Shown: positions 32,315 through 41,344, counted from the stretch's first letter. The stretch is DNA of 53,765 nt from Chlamydiota bacterium (GCA_037133055.1 JBAXOY010000005.1:1-53765), one strand, 5' to 3'. The notes: generated from the sequence alone by a model not told the origin. A program made the numbers and translations.

Positions 32315-33136
32315 ATGAGTAAACGATGTGCCGCGCTCATAGTGTTCGGGTTTGCCGCGAGCGCCTTCGCGGCGGCGATCGAAACGCCGGAACATGGGTA
32401 TCGGGAGGCCTACCGCCTGGTGCGGGAGGCGAAGATGGCCGACTACAACGGCAACGCGGACCTCGCGGCATGGAAATGGGGCGAGGCGAAGATGCTGCTC
32501 GAGAAGATCAGCCGGGAGTACCCCGCATGGAACCACGACGTGGTGCTGGGGCATCTGGGCGAGGCCATGCAGCGGTTGCAGAAAACCGCGCCGTCCCCCG
32601 CGAAGGCCTTCGAGATATCGGTCGAGGAGACCCGGGGCCTCGCCGGGAGCATCGCGGAGTTCGACGGCGCGAAGGTCTCGATGCTGAAGCAGATGGAGTG
32701 GGAGAAAAAGAAGCTCTCGGAAATCGAGAAGCTCGCGCGCGATCTGGCGCGCAAGGAGAACGCGCGACGGATACTCGGGCTGGAGGAGGGCGCGACCATC
32801 GCGCTCGCGGATATGCGCCGCGCGGAGGCAGGAGAACCGACCCCCGACCCCGAGTTACAAAAAGAGGCCGAGAAGACAGCGAAGGGAGAGGCGGCGGCGC
32901 TCGACTCGGACTCGGACTCGGACGGGTTGACCGATGGCGAGGAGCTCGAACTCGGCACTGATCCGGAAGATTCCGACACGGACGGGGACGGCCTGACCGA
33001 CGGCGACGAGGTCAACCAGTATGAAACCGATCCGCTTGATATAGACACGGACGGCGACGGCTGGGAGGACGGCGAAGAGGTGGAGCTGGGTTTCGATCCC
33101 CTTGACCCGGACGATCCGGGGTATGACCCGAGCTAG
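32315..33136 (+). CDS. Secreted protein with C-terminal bacterial TSP3-like Ca-binding repeats
   Basis: Signal peptide ending AFA; three DxDxDG(L/W)xDGxE...DP units. Confidence 0.85.
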   Translation: MSKRCAALIVFGFAASAFAAAIETPEHGYREAYRLVREAKMADYNGNADLAAWKWGEAKMLLEKISREYPAWNHDVVLGHLGEAMQRLQKTAPSPAKAFEISVEETRGLAGSIAEFDGAKVSMLKQMEWEKKKLSEIEKLARDLARKENARRILGLEEGATIALADMRRAEAGEPTPDPELQKEAEKTAKGEAAALDSDSDSDGLTDGEELELGTDPEDSDTDGDGLTDGDEVNQYETDPLDIDTDGDGWEDGEEVELGFDPLDPDDPGYDPS

Positions 33137-33159
33137 GAGTCAAGGAAAGGAGGGGCGCG

Positions 33160-33576
33160 GTGAAGGTGCGTGCTGCAGGAACGATGGTGGTGCTGCGTAT
33201 ATGTCTCTGTGGGCGGCCTCTGCTCGGCGCGGAGGCGGCGGATCCCGGCGCGCTCATCGCGGCTGCGGAAAAGGCGAATGCGGACGGGGATAAAGTCGCC
33301 GCCCTGAAAGGCTACGCGGAGGCCGCGAACGCACTGCGGGCGTCGGGAGCGCCCCTGGCGAAGATCGACGGCTGCACGGCCGAAAAGGACCGTCTCATGG
33401 TGGAGATGATCCTGGAGATGCAGAAGCAGCAGGTTGAGGTCGTCCAGCTCCAGCGCGGCATCGCGCAGCGGGTCGTCAAGATCTCCCAGACCGACGCGGA
33501 TATCCAGGCGCGGGTCAAGAAGAACGAAAACAAGATAAAGGAAATCGAGACGCTCCTCCTCGACATCGCGAAGTGA
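33160..33576 (+). CDS. Hypothetical coiled-coil protein, probably secreted
   Basis: AGGAGG RBS before GTG; typical codon bias. Confidence 0.7.
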   Translation: MKVRAAGTMVVLRICLCGRPLLGAEAADPGALIAAAEKANADGDKVAALKGYAEAANALRASGAPLAKIDGCTAEKDRLMVEMILEMQKQQVEVVQLQRGIAQRVVKISQTDADIQARVKKNENKIKEIETLLLDIAK

Positions 33577-33585
33577 CCCGGCGGG

Positions 33586-36027
33586 TCAGCGGAGCCGCAT
33601 CAGGCGGAAGAGATTCCTTCTCGGCTCCTTCGCGCGCGGGTCGAGGCGCCGGGCGGTCCGCCATGCCCGCTCCGCCTCGTCGCGGAGCCCAAGCGCCGCG
33701 CAGCATGCGCCCATCCCCGAGTAGACCGGCGCCGCGCCGTGGAGAAGTTCCGCGGCGGCCCTGAACTCTCCGAGCGCGCGCCGGTAATCCCCCCGCGCGG
33801 CCAATGTCCTCCCGAGATTCGCCCGCGCCTCGCCGTTCCGCGGCTCGATCGCGATGAGTTTCTCGAAGCAGTCGATCGCCCCCTCCGTGTCTCCCGTGCG
33901 CGCGCAGTGGATCCCCCGTGCCTGGAGCAGCGCCGCATGCGCCAGGCCGATCTCCTCCCATTGCCCCGGGGTGAGGCGCGCGTCCCGGAGCGAGTCGCTC
34001 AGGCGGTTGATTTTCTCCAGGAATCCGCTCCTGCCCGGCTGGAGCGCCGCGGCCTGCATCAAGGCCACAAGCGCCCCGGCCGGGCGCCCCATGGCCTCGA
34101 GGGCCACCGCCCTGTTGTAGCGCGGAGACCACCCCTTCGGATCGAGGCTGGCCGCTCTCGCGTAAAGCGTAAGGGCCTCGTCGTATCTTCCCCTGCGCTC
34201 CCGGAACAGGCCGAGGCTGTTCAACGCCGTCGGGGAATCGGGATCGCGGGAGAGCGCCTCGGAAAAATACCGCTCAGCCCCGGCGTCCTCACCGCGGGCC
34301 GCATGCACCGAGGCGGCGGCCACAAGCGCGCGGGCATTGCCCGGGTGCAGCGCAAGAACCTCACGGAGTTTCGCGAGCGCCGCGTCGTACTCGCCCTGCT
34401 CCTTGAAAACGATCGCCGACTCGAACTGCCCACTCCCGCTCCGGGGGAGGCCGCGCTCGATCACCTGGAACTGGGCGAGGGCCTCGTGGAAACGCCGCTC
34501 TCGGCGATACGCCTCGCCGAGGCACGCGCGCGCGGTGAATTCCCCCGGGTCTGAGGCCACCGCCCGCTCAAACGCATCGCGCGCGCGATCGTCCCAGCCG
34601 AGGGAGGTGTATGTTCGCCCCAGGTCGATGAGCGCGATCGGGGGCCTCGGCACCGTATACCGGAGAATCTCCTTGATGAGGGCGACGGTGTCGTCGGAGC
34701 GCCCCTCACTGCGGTAGACGCGCGAGAGAAAGAGCTTTGCCCTCCAGCTGGACGGCGATACCTCGAGGGTTCGTTCCCAGAGCACCTGCTCGCTGCGCCA
34801 GTAATCCGTCCGCTTGACCGAGGCGATCAGCCATGAGGCCGCGAGGGCGAGCGTGAGGGCTGCGACGCCGACTCGCGCGCGGGGGGGGCGCGCGGCGCGC
34901 TCGATGAGGATCGCGGCGCAGAGGCAGAAACCCGCGGAGGCAAGATAGACCCGCTGTTCCGCGAGAGGTCGTCCCGAGATGAAGACGATGTTTGACACGG
35001 GCAGAAGGGGGGCCAGGGCGAGGGCGAGCGCCGCACCCCACGGCTTTTTCCCCATAAGCCCGCGGGCTGCGCAGGCGAAGGCGAGGGCGACCGCCGCGGC
35101 GCCCAGCAGCAGCGCGGTATGCGGCGGGAAGACCGGTATGGCGAAGAACCGGTCGAGGGAAAAACGCGCGGGGAAGGCGAGCAGGGCAAGATAGACGGCG
35201 AGGGTCTTCGCCACCGCCGCCGCGCGCGGGTAGGCGCCGACGAGGAGAGAAGACGCGGGCGAGGGGCGGCTGTAGGGAAGGACGCCGAGCTTGACGAAGA
35301 GGAACAGGGCGGCGATCGCGGCGAGCGGCACGAGGCCCGCCCACGCGCGGCGGCGCAATCGGCCGGGAGCGAGGAGCGCGGAGGCGCACATCAGGGGCAG
35401 AACCACCGCGCTCTCCTTGGTGAGGCAGGCGAGCACGAACGCGGCGCACGCGCAGGCGTAGAGACCCCGCCCCCGGCTCTCAGCGGGGGAGGGCGTCGTC
35501 CTCGGGGCCGGCGGGCAGGCGCCCCCGGCCTTCCCGACGCGCGCCCAGCGCGTGAAGGCGCACACGCACACAAGCGAAAAAGCCGCAGAGAGGAGCTCCG
35601 ACCGGTTCTGTATCCAGGCGACCGGCTCGCTGTGCATCGGGTGCAGCGCGAAGAGGACGCCGGCGGTGATCGCGAGGGGGGCGCTCCCGAAGAGGATCCA
35701 CGCGAGCGCCGCGAGGGCGGCGCAGTTGAAGGCGTGCAGCAGGAGGTTGGAGGCGTGGTAGCCGGCCGGGTTGTCGTCCCAGAATGCGTGGTCGAGGCTG
35801 TAGGATGCCATCTCGATCGGGCGGTAGTCCTCGGCGAACGAGAGGCCCCGCCAGTACGCGGGGGTGAAGAATCTCGGCAGGCCCGAGGGGGTCCCGAGCC
35901 ACGGGTTCCCGACGATGAGCGCGTCGTCGTCCCAGAAAAAGGGGGCCTCGATCGAGCGGCCGAACGCGAGCGCCGCGAGGAGCGAGACGCAGAGAAAAAT
36001 GACGCCGAATCGCGGATGGGATTTCAT
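33586..36027 (-). CDS. TMTC-like GT-C glycosyltransferase (multi-TM) with C-terminal TPR repeats
   Basis: FFWDD...N, YRP, YHASNLLLH, LFALHPMHSEPVAWI, KE, AEQRVYL motifs followed by a TPR array. Confidence 0.88.
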   Translation of the reverse strand: MKSHPRFGVIFLCVSLLAALAFGRSIEAPFFWDDDALIVGNPWLGTPSGLPRFFTPAYWRGLSFAEDYRPIEMASYSLDHAFWDDNPAGYHASNLLLHAFNCAALAALAWILFGSAPLAITAGVLFALHPMHSEPVAWIQNRSELLSAAFSLVCVCAFTRWARVGKAGGACPPAPRTTPSPAESRGRGLYACACAAFVLACLTKESAVVLPLMCASALLAPGRLRRRAWAGLVPLAAIAALFLFVKLGVLPYSRPSPASSLLVGAYPRAAAVAKTLAVYLALLAFPARFSLDRFFAIPVFPPHTALLLGAAAVALAFACAARGLMGKKPWGAALALALAPLLPVSNIVFISGRPLAEQRVYLASAGFCLCAAILIERAARPPRARVGVAALTLALAASWLIASVKRTDYWRSEQVLWERTLEVSPSSWRAKLFLSRVYRSEGRSDDTVALIKEILRYTVPRPPIALIDLGRTYTSLGWDDRARDAFERAVASDPGEFTARACLGEAYRRERRFHEALAQFQVIERGLPRSGSGQFESAIVFKEQGEYDAALAKLREVLALHPGNARALVAAASVHAARGEDAGAERYFSEALSRDPDSPTALNSLGLFRERRGRYDEALTLYARAASLDPKGWSPRYNRAVALEAMGRPAGALVALMQAAALQPGRSGFLEKINRLSDSLRDARLTPGQWEEIGLAHAALLQARGIHCARTGDTEGAIDCFEKLIAIEPRNGEARANLGRTLAARGDYRRALGEFRAAAELLHGAAPVYSGMGACCAALGLRDEAERAWRTARRLDPRAKEPRRNLFRLMRLR

Positions 36028-36043
36028 GGGGCCCGTGGGTATC

Positions 36044-36085
36044 ATTATGCCAGAGACCCCCCCTCCCGTGAAGGGGCTTTCACGG
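36044..36085 (-). promoter_or_regulatory. Putative promoter with an overlapping inverted repeat
   Basis: TTCACG-17 nt-CATAAT on the minus strand; imperfect palindrome CCGTGAAG-gggc-TTTCACGG at 36066-36085. Confidence 0.4.
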
Positions 36086-36121
36086 ACAGCGCGACGGGCG
36101 AAAAAATCTCGCACTGTCCGC

Positions 36122-36150
36122 TTGACAGGCACTAAGTGGAATGATAGCAT
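36122..36150 (+). promoter_or_regulatory. Putative sigma70 promoter (copy 1)
   Basis: TTGACA-17 nt-TAGCAT with a TG extension. Confidence 0.65.
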
Positions 36151-36250
36151 GTCGTCGCTCGTGGTGCGCGCGCGGTATCCGCCGCATACGGGGCGCTATC
36201 CGGGCGCTGTCCATGCAGCGAACCTGATCATAAAGGAGGGGCCAATCAGG

Positions 36251-38332
36251 ATGAAGACCGCACTGCGTCGCCGAGGCGTTTCGCTGACACCGCGTTATCT
36301 CATGATCGCCCTTACCGCGTGTGTGTGCGCCCTCGGCGCGAGTCTTCGTGTCCCGGTGTACGGAAGCGAGTGGGCGAATCTCTCCGCCGGGTCCGAGGAG
36401 AAGGGCCTTCGCGCGGTCGCGGTCGATCCGATGAATCCCCAGCGCGTCTTCATCGGATCCTCAAAGGGGGTTTTCACGAGCGGAGACGGAGGGAAGGTGT
36501 GGGTAAACTGCCTCGACCTCTCCGCCGCGAGGCGCCCCGTCCCCGCCGATCTCGGCCCGGCCCAGAAAGCGCTCGTCGAGGGGCTCCTGGCCGCGGGCGA
36601 CTCGGGTGAGATCACGGGCGTCACCGCACTCATCATCGATCCGGCGAACCAGCAGAAGATCGTCGCGGGAAGCGTGGACGGGATCTACGCCTCGACCGAC
36701 GGAGGGAAGAACTGGATGAAGGTGAACGGCGCGATGAAAGACAAGCCGGTCACCGTGCTCGGGCTCGCCATCGATCTCTCGAACCCCGAGATGGTGTACG
36801 CGGCGACGCTTGACCGCGCGCTGCTCAAATCAGGGGACGGCGGCAAAACGTGGAGCCCGGTCGAGCTTCCGGGCGGGGAGAAGACCGCCGCCTCGGTGGC
36901 GGTGCACCCGTTCGACTCGAATCTCCTGTACGTCGGCACCCCCGGCGCGGTCCTCAAGACCAAGAACGGCGGGGCGGCGTGGGAGAAGCTCGCCGCCCAG
37001 CCGAAGATCGCCGAGAGCATCGCGATCGATCCGGTGAACCCCGACGCGGTGTACATCGGGACCTCCTCGGGCCTCTACAAGACCGCCGACGGCGGCGCGA
37101 CCTGGAAGGAGATCGGCGCCGACGCCCTCGGGCAGAAGCAGGTGCGGAAGGTCGCCGTCTCGCCCTCCGACTCGAACGCGGTATACGCGGTCGGCGCGGC
37201 GGGGATCTACGGATCGAGCGACGCGGGCGCGAAATGGCGGGAGCTCTCCAAGGGAACGAGCCTTGCCAACGCCATGGCCATTGCCTTCGATCCGCTCGAC
37301 AGCGGCACGATCTGGGTCGCGGCCTCGGGCGGTCTCTACCGCACCGCCGCCGCAAAAGGGCCGGGGGCCGCCGCAGCGGCGCCGGCGCTGACCGGTGATG
37401 CGCCGGATGAGGGCGCGCCGAAGGCCGCCGAGCAGAAACCGGAGGAGCCGAAAGCCGAACAGAAGGCCGAGAAGAAAGTCGAGGAGATCGTTCCCGCCCA
37501 GACCGTCCCGGCGGAGGAGCAGGTCGCGGCGGTGTCGGTCGAGGAGCCGTCCGCGGCGAAGGACGCCGGGAAGGCGGCGGAGGGCGCGGCGCCCGCGGGC
37601 CCCGCGATCCCGACAATCGACGATGTGCAGACGGTCCTCGGGCAGTTCTCGCACGAGCCCACGGTGCAGGAGATACAGGAAGTCGCCATGCGCTTCGCCG
37701 AGGTGCACCCGGACATAATCGAGGGGTGGCGCAAGGGGGCGAAATACCGGGCGCTCCTCCCGAAGTTCAAGATCGTGTACGACTACAACAAGCAGAAGAC
37801 CATGGGGGAGAAAAACGGCGTCACGAAGGACATCACGCGGGAGGACAACGATTTCAGCGGCATCCAGGACAAGACCGACGACTCGCCCATGACCGGCCTC
37901 GAGATCATCGAGACGATATCCAACTCGAACGACAACAAGTACAAAGTCCAGGACGGCACGAGCTCGGAGAATGCGGACGCGCGCAGATTTCAAAACAACT
38001 ACACCTTCTCCTTCCAGTGGGATTTCGGCGATTTCCTGTTCAACCCCTCCCAGATAAGAATCAGCGACGAGTCGCGCGACCTCGTGGAGCTCCGCAACGA
38101 CGTGCTGGAGGAGGTCACGCAGTTCTACTTCCAGCGGCGCCAGCTCCAGATCGACCTGCTGCTCTCGCCGGCCGAGGAGCTCCGGGAGCGGCTCCGGCTC
38201 GAGCTGCAGCTCCAGGAGGTCACGGCGAACATCGATTACCTCACGGGCGGCTACCTGACCCAGCGCCTGAACGATGTGAAGGCGGGCAAGACCGGGAAGC
38301 CCAACGTCGTCAAGCGCCTCTTCTCCATCTGA
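36251..38332 (+). CDS. Secreted BNR/Asp-box beta-propeller protein with a C-terminal single OEP/TolC-like module
   Basis: Signal peptide; six S/T-x-D/N-G/A-G-x-x-W Asp boxes; Ala/Glu/Lys/Pro linker; ALLPKF...WDFGD...VTQFYF C-terminal domain; AAAGGAGG RBS. Confidence 0.85.
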   Translation: MKTALRRRGVSLTPRYLMIALTACVCALGASLRVPVYGSEWANLSAGSEEKGLRAVAVDPMNPQRVFIGSSKGVFTSGDGGKVWVNCLDLSAARRPVPADLGPAQKALVEGLLAAGDSGEITGVTALIIDPANQQKIVAGSVDGIYASTDGGKNWMKVNGAMKDKPVTVLGLAIDLSNPEMVYAATLDRALLKSGDGGKTWSPVELPGGEKTAASVAVHPFDSNLLYVGTPGAVLKTKNGGAAWEKLAAQPKIAESIAIDPVNPDAVYIGTSSGLYKTADGGATWKEIGADALGQKQVRKVAVSPSDSNAVYAVGAAGIYGSSDAGAKWRELSKGTSLANAMAIAFDPLDSGTIWVAASGGLYRTAAAKGPGAAAAAPALTGDAPDEGAPKAAEQKPEEPKAEQKAEKKVEEIVPAQTVPAEEQVAAVSVEEPSAAKDAGKAAEGAAPAGPAIPTIDDVQTVLGQFSHEPTVQEIQEVAMRFAEVHPDIIEGWRKGAKYRALLPKFKIVYDYNKQKTMGEKNGVTKDITREDNDFSGIQDKTDDSPMTGLEIIETISNSNDNKYKVQDGTSSENADARRFQNNYTFSFQWDFGDFLFNPSQIRISDESRDLVELRNDVLEEVTQFYFQRRQLQIDLLLSPAEELRERLRLELQLQEVTANIDYLTGGYLTQRLNDVKAGKTGKPNVVKRLFSI

Positions 38333-38339
38333 CGCGGCT
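37368..38339 (+). repeat. 972-bp direct repeat, copy 1
   Basis: Matches 39670-40641 at offset 2302; translations identical in several frames of the ORF track. Confidence 0.95.
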
Positions 38340-38356
38340 CCGGGGGGCGGTGCGAC

Positions 38357-39385
38357 GTGGGGATCCTCACCGTCACGCTCATCCTCTCATGCGCCCTCCC
38401 GGCCCAGCACCGGGGCCCGTCGCTCCTCCGGTTTTTCACGCTCCGGCCCACGCCCCCGCCTTCCCCCCGTCCGGCCGCGCCCGGCGGCGCCCTGCCGCTC
38501 CTGAGCTTCAGGGACCTCCGCGCGTATGACGCCGCCCTGACGGGCCCGGGGGAGCGGTGCCGCATCGCGGTCCTCGGCTTCCGCTCCGCTCCGGCGCGCA
38601 GGGAGGACGAATGGCTTGGCGTCGAACTCGCGGATTCGCTGGCGCGCAAGCTGGGGACGCTCGGCGGCCTCGAGTGTATTGACCCCGCCGCCGTGCGGTC
38701 GTTCGAGCGCCGTCACGCGAAGGGGCGGATGGCCGGGTTCGACAAGGGCCAGCTCGCCGTGCTCGCGCGCCGCGCCGGGGCGGAAATCGTCGTCTCGGGA
38801 ACGCTCGCGCGGAAAGGCGACGCGCTCGCGGTGGAGCTCAGGGTGATGAGGCCCGAGACCGGCGCGGTGAGCGAGCGGGTGCGCGTGGAGGGGCGGAGCG
38901 GGCGCATCTGCGAGATCGAGGCGCGGATGGCCTCGCGCGTCGCCTCCCTCCTCGGCGTCCCCCCGAGCGACGCGGAGATGGAGCGGCTCGCCGGGTGCCC
39001 CACCTCGTCCCCGGCGGCGTTCGAGGAGCTGGCCAGGGCGCGGCAGGCCGCGGACGGGTCCCACACCAAGATCCGGCACCTCCAGAGGGCGGTCGACGCG
39101 GACCCCGGGTGCGTCGAGGCGCGGTGCATGCTCGGCGACGCCTACTACGGCATCGGCGTGACTTACCAGTACGTGGAGTGGTTCAACATGGCGCTCGCCG
39201 AGTACCGGAAGGCCGCCGCGCTCTCGCCGGGATGCGCGCGGGCGTACAGCGGGATGGGGCTCGTGTATATGATGAACGGGCGCTATGATCTCGCTCGGCG
39301 CGCGCTGGAGAAGGCCGTGGAGTCGGACCCGGGCTCGAAGCAGGCGCGGAGCTCGCTGGCGCGCCTGACGGGAATGGGGTTTTAG
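38357..39385 (+). CDS. Secreted protein with a TolB-N/CsgG-like domain and TPR repeats
   Basis: Signal peptide; RIAVLGF...GAEIVVSG...ETG fold signature; C-terminal TPRs. Confidence 0.75.
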   Translation: MGILTVTLILSCALPAQHRGPSLLRFFTLRPTPPPSPRPAAPGGALPLLSFRDLRAYDAALTGPGERCRIAVLGFRSAPARREDEWLGVELADSLARKLGTLGGLECIDPAAVRSFERRHAKGRMAGFDKGQLAVLARRAGAEIVVSGTLARKGDALAVELRVMRPETGAVSERVRVEGRSGRICEIEARMASRVASLLGVPPSDAEMERLAGCPTSSPAAFEELARARQAADGSHTKIRHLQRAVDADPGCVEARCMLGDAYYGIGVTYQYVEWFNMALAEYRKAAALSPGCARAYSGMGLVYMMNGRYDLARRALEKAVESDPGSKQARSSLARLTGMGF

Positions 39386-39437
39386 CGGGGGGGGCCGTAC
39401 GCGGTGCGACGGGCGAAAAAATCCCGCACTGTCCGGC

Positions 39438-39466
39438 TTGAACGGCAAAAAAGGAAATGATAGCAT
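39438..39466 (+). promoter_or_regulatory. Putative sigma70 promoter (copy 2, diverged)
   Basis: TTGAAC-17 nt-TAGCAT, homologous to 36122-36150. Confidence 0.5.
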
Positions 39467-39566
39467 GTTGTCGCTCGTGGTGTGCGCGTGGGATCCGCCG
39501 CATAGGGGGCGCTATCCGGGCGCTGTCCCTGCAGCGAACCCGATCATAAGGGAGAGGCCAATCAGG

Positions 39567-40634
39567 ATGAAGACCGCGCTGTGTCGCCAAGGCGTTTCGC
39601 TGACACCGCGTTGTTTCCGGATCATCCTCACCGCATGTGTGTGCGCCCTCGGCGCGGGCCTCCACTGCACCGCCGCAGCGGCGCCGGCGCTGACCGGTGA
39701 TGCGCCGGATGAGGGCGCGCCGAAGGCCGCCGAGCAGAAACCGGAGGAGCCGAAAGCCGAACAGAAGGCCGAGAAGAAAGTCGAGGAGATCGTTCCCGCC
39801 CAGACCGTCCCGGCGGAGGAGCAGGTCGCGGCGGTGTCGGTCGAGGAGCCGTCCGCGGCGAAGGACGCCGGGAAGGCGGCGGAGGGCGCGGCGCCCGCGG
39901 GCCCCGCGATCCCGACAATCGACGATGTGCAGACGGTCCTCGGGCAGTTCTCGCACGAGCCCACGGTGCAGGAGATACAGGAAGTCGCCATGCGCTTCGC
40001 CGAGGTGCACCCGGACATAATCGAGGGGTGGCGCAAGGGGGCGAAATACCGGGCGCTCCTCCCGAAGTTCAAGATCGTGTACGACTACAACAAGCAGAAG
40101 ACCATGGGGGAGAAAAACGGCGTCACGAAGGACATCACGCGGGAGGACAACGATTTCAGCGGCATCCAGGACAAGACCGACGACTCGCCCATGACCGGCC
40201 TCGAGATCATCGAGACGATATCCAACTCGAACGACAACAAGTACAAAGTCCAGGACGGCACGAGCTCGGAGAATGCGGACGCGCGCAGATTTCAAAACAA
40301 CTACACCTTCTCCTTCCAGTGGGATTTCGGCGATTTCCTGTTCAACCCCTCCCAGATAAGAATCAGCGACGAGTCGCGCGACCTCGTGGAGCTCCGCAAC
40401 GACGTGCTGGAGGAGGTCACGCAGTTCTACTTCCAGCGGCGCCAGCTCCAGATCGACCTGCTGCTCTCGCCGGCCGAGGAGCTCCGGGAGCGGCTCCGGC
40501 TCGAGCTGCAGCTCCAGGAGGTCACGGCGAACATCGATTACCTCACGGGCGGCTACCTGACCCAGCGCCTGAACGATGTGAAGGCGGGCAAGACCGGGAA
40601 GCCCAACGTCGTCAAGCGCCTCTTCTCCATCTGA
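39567..40634 (+). CDS. Propeller-less paralog of 36251-38332 (signal peptide, linker, identical C-terminal module)
   Basis: Homologous signal peptide joined in frame directly to the repeated module. Confidence 0.82.
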   Translation: MKTALCRQGVSLTPRCFRIILTACVCALGAGLHCTAAAAPALTGDAPDEGAPKAAEQKPEEPKAEQKAEKKVEEIVPAQTVPAEEQVAAVSVEEPSAAKDAGKAAEGAAPAGPAIPTIDDVQTVLGQFSHEPTVQEIQEVAMRFAEVHPDIIEGWRKGAKYRALLPKFKIVYDYNKQKTMGEKNGVTKDITREDNDFSGIQDKTDDSPMTGLEIIETISNSNDNKYKVQDGTSSENADARRFQNNYTFSFQWDFGDFLFNPSQIRISDESRDLVELRNDVLEEVTQFYFQRRQLQIDLLLSPAEELRERLRLELQLQEVTANIDYLTGGYLTQRLNDVKAGKTGKPNVVKRLFSI

Positions 40635-40641
40635 CGCGGCT
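39670..40641 (+). repeat. 972-bp direct repeat, copy 2
   Basis: Matches 37368-38339. Confidence 0.95.
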
Positions 40642-40653
40642 TCAGGAGGGGGG

Positions 40654-41313
40654 CTACCCGCCCATCCGCTTCATAAGCGTCTCGACCTTGATGGCGTTCC
40701 GGAGCGATTCCTCTCCCTGAGGGGTCTTTTCCCCGAAGACGGCCGCCGCCTTCTCGTAGTGGATCCGCGCGTTCTTGAAATCCTTGGTGAGGTAGTACGA
40801 GTTCGCGAGCTCGAAATGGGCGGCCCCGTACTTCGGGTTGTCCTTGACGGCCTTTCCGTACTGGATGATGGCCATGTCCCACTGCTTCTTCGTCGCGTAG
40901 CAGCGTCCCAGGTTGAAATACGCCGAGCTCATGCCGGGGTCGCACGCGGAGGCCTTCTTGAACGCCCCGATCGCGATATCGATCTTTCCCCCCGCGTAGT
41001 AGCAGCATCCCGCCCCGTTGTAGGCGTTGGCGCTCTTGGGGTCCAGATCCATCGCCCTCTTGAACACCGCGAGCGCCTCCTCGAATTTCTTCTCCCTGAG
41101 AAGTTTCTCCCCCTCCGCGACAGCCGCCCGGGCGTCCCGCGCCGGGGACCCCCCCGGCGCGGCGGCGGGCTCGGGCGGCATGCCCGCGGGAAGCGGGGAG
41201 ATCGCGGGTGCGGCCGCGGGCGCGCTGCCGGGGAAGAGCGGATCGAGCCCCTTGAGCGGCTGCTGGGCCACAATCGCGGCGGCGACGATTCGGACGGCGA
41301 GATACGGAATCAT
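40654..41313 (-). CDS. Secreted TPR-repeat protein
   Basis: AGGAG RBS; hydrophobic N-terminus; Pro/Ala linker; about four TPRs (AYNGAG, AYFNLG, AHFELA). Confidence 0.85.
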   Translation of the reverse strand: MIPYLAVRIVAAAIVAQQPLKGLDPLFPGSAPAAAPAISPLPAGMPPEPAAAPGGSPARDARAAVAEGEKLLREKKFEEALAVFKRAMDLDPKSANAYNGAGCCYYAGGKIDIAIGAFKKASACDPGMSSAYFNLGRCYATKKQWDMAIIQYGKAVKDNPKYGAAHFELANSYYLTKDFKNARIHYEKAAAVFGEKTPQGEESLRNAIKVETLMKRMGG

Positions 41314-41344
41314 GGGCTTACTCTCCTGGTAGGGGACGGGCACT

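Noticed and set aside
35864..36250. Upstream extensions of the ORFs at 35864 (+) and 36150 (-)
   Set aside because: They overlap each other and the promoters; RBS and signal-peptide evidence favour starts at 36251 and 36027
37368..40641. Repeat pair as the template/variable regions of a diversity-generating retroelement
   Set aside because: No adenine-specific differences, the repeat is far longer than typical TR/VR, and there is no reverse transcriptase in the window
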